Below are positions 37,379-44,215 of a DNA stretch of 44,215 nt, piece by piece. Both the position numbers and the translations under genes were made by a program. The notes beneath the pieces are model-generated. The model was not told where the DNA came from. It was given only the letters and a program-made list of their open reading frames with translations, and did not search any database. The first letter of the stretch is position 1, and each line of letters opens with the position of its first letter. Where the stretch lies: positions 1-44,215 of the forward strand of contig CAJVPI010000190.1 in the NCBI GenBank assembly GCA_910592345.1, in the 5' to 3' direction. This DNA comes from Paraglomus brasilianum. Its lineage: Eukaryota.

Positions 37379-37779
37379 CAGGGGTTTGCAAAAAAGAAGT
37401 AAAAAAAAAACCCACCTTGTCATTTGTATGTGTGTCTTATAATGTTATTTTGTAATACATATTCCGCGACGATATATGCATATAAAATATATGTATAAAT
37501 CAATTTATACCATGTAAAATACAATTAATTGTGTGTCGACACTGTTATCCTAAATTTATTATAGACTAATTTGCTAATAGTTCGACTTTGAATCTTTGCG
37601 CCACATTGTTAAAAGAAATGTGAGAAAATGCATCTAGATTCTTAGAACTTCTATTTCAATGCTAGAAAATAATGGCGATCGAATTAATAATAATGCATAA
37701 TAAATGATATTTCTCATGCGACATTTGAAATGCTGGCTGTGCAGAAATGATATTATTATTTTTTTTTTTGCAACCCCTG
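37379..37779. mobile_element. Tc1/mariner-type MITE, 401 bp
   Basis: TA|CAGGGGTTTGCAAAAAAA ... TTTTTTTGCAACCCCTG|TA: TIRs with TA target duplication and an AT-rich interior. Confidence 0.8.
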
Positions 37780-38345
37780 TACAAAAAAGTTATATTCGAG
37801 AAAGTTACGCTCGATGTAAGAACGAGCCAATAAATCCTGCATAACACAATCCTGTAACGCGAAAAGACCCAAGTTCGCAAAACAACAAGAAGAACGTTAA
37901 CAGGAAACCAAAAGGCTGAACTTTGACGAGTCAAACAATATGCGAAAATAGCACACATCGGCTCACAATGGACAACAATTGCAATTGGCAAACCGGGATC
38001 ATATCCAAAGCTTGAAGAAAGCGCTTGCTCTTTGGTACTATTCCTCAAGCAGAGCAGTTCTTTCCAAGACATTCAGTACAGCAATAGCATATGTGTTACA
38101 AAATGAAATATTTTTATTGATATTATGGAACTATCTTAGATCGCGAAAGTTCGTTAAAAGAAATTGCTCGTTATACTAGCGTTGGGGTCCGACCCGACGA
38201 CTTTCTTATATCCTAATCTCCGCATCCCTTGGCGTAGGAGAATGAGTTAGAAAAGATATGAGAAATTTGGTAGCGACTTCTTAGATTTCAATACGAGTTG
38301 TGCCCTGATCATAATTTGACAAAAGTGTTGAAGAGGTAAAAAGTA

Positions 38346-38427
38346 CCGTAACCACTCGTGAATAAGGAGGGCCTTCCGCTTTCAAGCGATTAAAAATTTT
38401 ACAGGGAAGGTCCTTCCTTATTCACGG
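38346..38427. mobile_element. Tiny inverted-repeat element (possible MITE remnant)
   Basis: cgtgaataaggagggccttcc / ggaaggtccttccttattcacg, with outer ends TA|CCGT..ACGG|TA. Confidence 0.5.
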
Positions 38428-38950
38428 TATGTCAATATTACCGATGTGATTAATTCCAACGATATCGATATATTGGCTGCCTAAACTGCATACGATATCA
38501 AATATTCACTTTCTGGTACGTCCAATATAACACTGTCAACGCAGTAACTCTGCTGTTTATTCTGTTTGCCGTAATGCACAACTTGGCTGTAAATTACAGT
38601 CTTTAGAACAAAAGAAACGAATCCAAGAAGTAAGATAAAACATATGATGAAATAAAATAATAATACCTTGACAACAAAGGTTTACGTACAGAAAACTAAC
38701 CAACCTTTGACATTAAATGAAAAAAGCCTCTTGCGCGATAGCAGTTTATCAGGCAAGTTGCGAATGTATAAGCAATCTTATATATTCGCCTTATCACCTA
38801 TTGATAAACTTCTACCATTTACTAACCCCGATTCAACAGCATATAAAGTTATTATGTATTACGGAGGTGGTTAATGTGCGCAAGATAATAGCTTAACTAA
38901 AAAGAATGGCTCTTAGAACGTCTTATTAAACCACCGTCCCTCTCTGCTAA

Positions 38951-39931
38951 TCAACTTGTATAAAAATACTCCTCATCATCATCCGAAGACTCAGTGTTGT
39001 CGTCCTCGACATCACTGTCCTGAGCTTCATACTCAATTATACGTTCCAACTCCATCGCCAAATCAGGCCAATTATCAAGACAATCATACACTTGCATCTC
39101 CCAATCATCATCTTCCAACACGCTCCGATCGGCAAAAAAAATCTCCTTAAACTCACCAAACAGGTCATATTCCATGTTGCATTCTTTCTTCCTTTTCAAT
39201 ATAGATCGCTTCTCTTGTGACAGACATTCATGTGCTTTGACAAAGAATTGCGGATATGACTCCTCAAACCGGTGTAGTTTTTCTGCATAAGCTCTTATTA
39301 GCGTGATGTCGGTGTATTCGTTTTGCGACCACGATAGCGAATATCCTGTTTCGATGTTGGAGTCATCATCATTGTATCCACTTTCAAAGTACCCGACGAT
39401 GTACTTGAACTTTTGCAATAACGCTGGATTATGACATAGATACTCAGTTAGGGAATTCATCCACAAATTATCGCACATCTCAACACGAGGAGCATGCAAG
39501 ATTTTGTTGAACTCTTGCCATTTCTCTTCAGAACCGAAACTTGACTTTACTGTATCGAAAAATGTCTTGTTTTTAGTTACAAGTTCCCGCACATCTTTAT
39601 CGCGTTCCATTAGAGGAACTAGAACGTCTTTTGATAATTCAATACATTCGAGTTCGGGTGGTGGTGAAGGGGATAATGGCAGATATAGTTCTTCGGGCGT
39701 ATCGTAAGCGAGTACTTCGGGGGGAAGTTGGAAAGTAACTGTACGTTTTTGGGATGGTACAATTATGGGTTCATCGGGAGGAGTAGGTGGCACGGCCATA
39801 AAGTTCTTGACATTACTGTTGTTCTTCTTATTCTTAATGACCTGTGAACGTTTGGTTAAAGCATCTTCAGGAATACCAGATTTTTGAGTAGTATTAAATG
39901 GAATAGGGCATGTCGTCATGAATGTGGACAT
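38951..39931 (-). CDS. Hypothetical protein with two internally repeated PAH-like helical domains and acidic tail, intronless, 326 aa
   Basis: 981-nt ORF with protein-like composition. Repeats FFDTVKSSF..WQEFNKIL..W...LTEYLCHNPALLQKFKYIVGY and FFVKAHECL..FGEFKEIF..W...VYDCLDNWPDLAMELERIIEY. Confidence 0.8.
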   Translation of the reverse strand: MSTFMTTCPIPFNTTQKSGIPEDALTKRSQVIKNKKNNSNVKNFMAVPPTPPDEPIIVPSQKRTVTFQLPPEVLAYDTPEELYLPLSPSPPPELECIELSKDVLVPLMERDKDVRELVTKNKTFFDTVKSSFGSEEKWQEFNKILHAPRVEMCDNLWMNSLTEYLCHNPALLQKFKYIVGYFESGYNDDDSNIETGYSLSWSQNEYTDITLIRAYAEKLHRFEESYPQFFVKAHECLSQEKRSILKRKKECNMEYDLFGEFKEIFFADRSVLEDDDWEMQVYDCLDNWPDLAMELERIIEYEAQDSDVEDDNTESSDDDEEYFYTS

Positions 39932-41541
39932 TGTGCGGTTATATATATATATATATTTATATATATTTATTTCTTCTCTGTTGTTTAAATTTCAAGCGAC
40001 CAATGAGAATACGTATACGTGATTATACAAAACTGACTTGCAGTCAACCTTTATCCAAGCTGACATCGCTCCTCTATTTATAACTATATGTGGGCGGCAT
40101 ATCATTTTTCGTACCATGAGGGGTTACATACAATCCTGGCGTTTCTATTGAGAATATTTCATGGGGCGTAATAACGGTTATTCAACGGGTAACGTCAACT
40201 GTTGAATGTGGGGAGTGATTTGCATGTATATCGTCATACTTGGTCAATACGTGTGAATAAAAGTCAGCAAAGATAAAATTAATCGGAGCAAAGTCCTTCC
40301 TAAGGTAACAATAAAATTTTTTGAGGGCAGAATGAAAGGGAAGTGTAATTTACATGATACCCGTTTAGTAAACACAATTATCATTATCATGAATCACTGT
40401 TACCTTTTGATGTAACGAGTGTCGATTGTACTAATCAAGATAAGCTCAGTATAGCCCACATCAACTCGGGACCCGATGAGGGCACCGCCGGGGGTTCCAG
40501 ACAAAGGTTAGTTAACGCCACAAGGGTCTAATAATAATAACAACAATAATAATAAACGTTATTAATTATTCCGAAGTTCTCCGTAAGAATAATAATAGCG
40601 TAAATAAGGTTAGTCTCTAAGACTTTTGTTACGGTTAGTTCAAAGAAGTTGACACTTAATATACGCATTAAAGCACCAACAGCATTAAAAGTATCTGGCC
40701 AATCATAGTTTCCTTCTCTAATTCAGCAACCATATTTGTTCATGCCGTCATTATGCGGCGCAGTCAGTTAGTGTTCAAAGGTCTACTAAATCATAACGAC
40801 AAATTGAACGCTCGGAGCTATGACAGCATGTATTCATGGTATCGTCCTGCGTAGAAAAGACGATACGTTTGCGTTCAAATGTAAGCGTGAGCGAGCATCG
40901 AGAGTGTCACTATGATGTAACCATTCTTGTAGCATAGATCACAATGACGTCAGAAAGAACCAATACTGTCGGATTATTTAGACTGAATACATAATAATAA
41001 CAGCTCTCAGCAAGAATATATAAAGGTGCATTACGAATGAAAACAGTGACTGGAGATGACAATTATTCAAGCCAAAGAAGATAGAAGTTATCACTTTCGA
41101 ATAAATATATCAAGTACAGTAAAACCTCCATAAGTGCAACTGCTCCGTCCCGAGTCTAGAAGTGTTACTCACGTGATTCACGTGATGCGGAAAAATGATC
41201 GATGCAATGTAAAGTTTCAAACGTCACAATTCGCTCGCGCACATTATATCCATCGTGAGATTGAATTTTTCTGATGCAACGACAATAAACGAGTATTTAT
41301 CTTTTCTAGAGGAAGAAATCGTTTTTGAGCTAACTGAAAATGACACGATGAAGAGGCAGACAATGATAGTAACCCCAATGGTGAGTAATGAGGCATTGAA
41401 AAGTTTAACAACATCTAATTCAACAAGAGGGATAGTTTGTAAAAAATTCATTCGCGAAATTCAATAAAACAAAAGTCGCATAACACAATTCCTTTTTACA
41501 TAACTTTAGCTGGCAATTATAATAAGGGAATTTGTTTAATA

Positions 41542-41830
41542 CAGTCACCTGTTTATTTGCATACCGTATATTTGCATAATCTGTTCATTTGCATAAAGGA
41601 GCCCGGTCCCTTAGTATAACGTGAAGGGAGGCAATCATTTCACCGACAATCATTTCACCGACAAATATTCACCAACATTATTTCGAAGTTATCCTTTTTT
41701 GGTAGTTAATTGTCGGTGAAATGTACTGTCGGTGAAATGATTGTCGATGAAATAATACGGACCCAACGTGAACGTGCATATATATGCATCAAAAGTGGCT
41801 CTAACTCCACCAACGTATATTTGCATATGC
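41542..41830 (+). mobile_element. Second pogo/Tigger-like left end nested in the 41117 element
   Basis: TA|CAGTCACCTGTTTATTTGCATA with repeated atttgcata motifs and ggtccc. The motif recurs at ~41818 after the inner insertion. Right TIR not found. Confidence 0.5.
41626..41764. mobile_element. 139-bp MITE with 8-bp target-site duplication (Mutator- or Merlin-like)
   Basis: Perfect flanking AACGTGAA at 41618-25 and 41765-72. GGG..CCC ends. Inverted arrays of catttcaccgaca / tgtcggtgaaatg. Confidence 0.85.
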
Positions 41831-44215
41831 ATACTATAAAAAGAGAGATCAACCAGATCGATGAAAAATTAGATATAGGAAGTCCGACCCTTCAAGGCGT
41901 ATCCTTGTACTATGTTCCGACTCCTGTATCAGCGCTTTGTTTCAGAGACTCAGAATAAATCATTTGCATGGTATTTTTTATGCTAGTTAACTTCCTAATT
42001 ATAATCTCATCTGAACAGCCTCTAGACTGTTGCGACAAATAATAATGGCAATATAAACGTTAAAGTTGGAATATTAAATACCTTAAGGCGGTAATATCTC
42101 TCTCTATCTCGAAAGTTATTGCTTCTCTGATTGCTTAATGTAGTTTCTTCATTGTAAAATGATAGCGATAACATATAAAAAATTTTTGAGTAATCTGATC
42201 ATGTGATAACGTGTATGCAATAGACACATCTTTCCTATTAAAGAAATCCTCCATAATGCAAAACCCCCATAAATGCTCCGTCCCCGTTGCATTTATGGAG
42301 GTTTTACTGGATGTACTCTTAATAAGTCGGCCATCTGTTACGGCAAGTCGATCTATAAGCGAGTCACATGGTAAAATCTTCCTCCGCAGTCAAGCAAAAT
42401 CACATTAATTTTAGAATGGTCGTGCATTTCAATGTCAGATGCACCGTGTCGAATTTGGGTTGTCAGGCGCAGAAAATGTTTCGATTTTTGAGTGTCAGCA
42501 CAAACGCCATTAGCTAACTTAGAATATGATTAGTTCTTCATAGAAATAACGATTATTTAATTATTTTAGCTTCGTTTCGATTTTTGAGTGTCGCTAAAGG
42601 TACAGTATATAAGCGATCCTTATCCCATCGTCGAATTCTCATTTTGTATATGTTGTAAATATTGTTCATGTTGTTATAAATATTGTTCAGGTTATTAGAA
42701 CAATAATTCCCACTCCAAATAAACGATTCCCTTTGAAATCGAAACTCCACTTTCTTTATATTAATTATTACTAATAAACGGCTCATTTAAGCTGTATAAG
42801 TTGTCCGTTGATCTATTACTCTTAATTGAGGAACGAGAGCCAACAATTATTTATTGAAACGGAAATTGTTTAATTAGTAATTTAGAGACAAGTGACGGAA
42901 CCCGACTAGTCGAAATACCAAATCGAAGAAAGCCCTGTTTAATTTAAAATAGATTTATTTACCCTTTGATTCTGCGGTAGAATAATTGTTGTTGTTATTC
43001 TATCGTGGGTACCCTTATTTGGAATCACGAGTGATTGAAGCTCGGGTAGGGAGTTAGGAAGCGCGCAAATTTAATTATAATTCAGTCTTAATTGAACAAC
43101 TACCGTAAAAATGGCGGTAGCACGAAGCCAATCTGGTAATAGCCCTCGGTCGGAAAAACACCCTACGCGAAAGATTAATCGCTCTCCCAAACCCCAGACT
43201 CCAACCGTAAAGCAATAAAGTTACGTCCCGGACTAGCTAACACTAATGAAGAACAGGAAGTAAAAAAGTCAAAAATGTCTATAGATCAGAAATATGTGTT
43301 ATATACACGTATTCGCTCTAAATGGTATAGTTAACGGTATCTAATAATATTATCGTATAAACAGTATATTGATAGTCTTTCTATTTATAAATAGTGCAAT
43401 AAAAAGTAGTATCCTGATTAAACGAGTTTAGGTTCGTTTATGCAACACGGAATTATTGTCAGCAAGAATTATCAGGCATAAGCAGCGAATCTATTAAAGA
43501 CATCAACAAAACCAACATTTGATCACATGAACTCAAAATGGCTGGTGTGGCTGAGAAATTACTAATATAACTGATGATGCTTTTTGAAAACTTTTTTAAA
43601 GCACAGCTGCCTGAATCCATGGTTGCGTTCTAGACCTATTACTATACCATGACAAACATGACTAAAATTCCAATTGATTAAGATAAAATCGTAAGAAAAA
43701 ATTACTTATCAAATTTATCAAAATAATTATTTTTCTTTATCAGAGTATTATGAGCTATTATTTGATAATAATAAGTAGTAAGAGCAGTATAAAAGTTAAG
43801 GAGAGTCAGTTTGCCAAGATCTAGAAAACAAAATTACACTTTTGCTCATTATCTACAGAACTCTAAATCTAATCTCATATAATTTATTCATTCTTTTGAA
43901 CAATAAAAGTCTAATTTTTTGAGTTTGCATAATCTACTTTTTTTTTTAGGTAAAGCTGATAATTCTTTGGTTGCTAAATAATCTCTTCTGCTTATTTTAT
44001 TTAACAAACTATTTTCCAATCACTTTATTCGATCTATAAACTTGCCCATTGCAGCATTGTTGTCAGCGGTTTTCTTCGGTTGCTAGACGAGTGATTTTGC
44101 GTTGACTATTATTTTTCATGATTCGTGTTTCGTAGTACCTCGTTCGCAGACTTACATTGGGATCGTGTCTCGAATATATCTTAGGCAACAGATATATTCT
44201 CCATCAGCCTTTCTA

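Larger units (their letters stand above)
41117..42309 (+). mobile_element. Internally deleted pogo/Tigger-like transposon carrying nested insertions
   Basis: TIRs CAGTAAAACCTCCATAAGTGCAAC / GTTGCATTTATGGAGGTTTTACTG (23 of 24 match). TA on the left flank, GA on the right. Internal fragment TTINEYLSFLEEEIVFELTEND..VSNEALKSLTT resembles a pogo transposase C-terminus. Confidence 0.8.

Noticed and set aside
43100..43120. Hairpin ctaccgtaaaaatggcggtag, loosely similar to the reverse complement of ~13456-13479
   Set aside because: Match too short to distinguish from chance.
1..44215. tRNA, rRNA, spliceosomal snRNA or CRISPR arrays
   Set aside because: No recognisable signatures seen by eye; a covariance-model scan was not possible.

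Overview
AT-rich, intron-containing eukaryotic DNA, most likely an early-diverging fungus (Mucoromycota, probably Glomeromycotina; inferred from gene content, short GT-AG introns and TE types). Five apparently intact genes: a 7-exon Sfp1-like C2H2 zinc-finger factor (9335-12126 +), an intronless bacterial-style KdsD/KpsF/GutQ SIS+CBS sugar-phosphate isomerase (13910-15001 +), a Gti1/Wor1-type WOPR transcription factor (21376-19538 -), 8-exon ESCRT-II VPS36 (34472-36753 +) and an intronless protein with two PAH-like repeats (39931-38951 -). The most notable feature is a frameshifted, 3'-truncated Fanzor (eukaryotic TnpB-like RNA-guided nuclease, Fanzor2-like) pseudogene at about 16551-15260 (-). 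It lies tail-to-tail with the isomerase and has a ~141-nt, potentially multi-stem RNA element immediately upstream (16681-16821). Intergenic DNA holds Tc1/mariner remnants, several pogo/Tigger-like and other MITEs (including a three-layer nested insertion at 41117-42309), a frameshifted small gene and microsatellites. All calls are by-eye; no database searches or folding programs were run.
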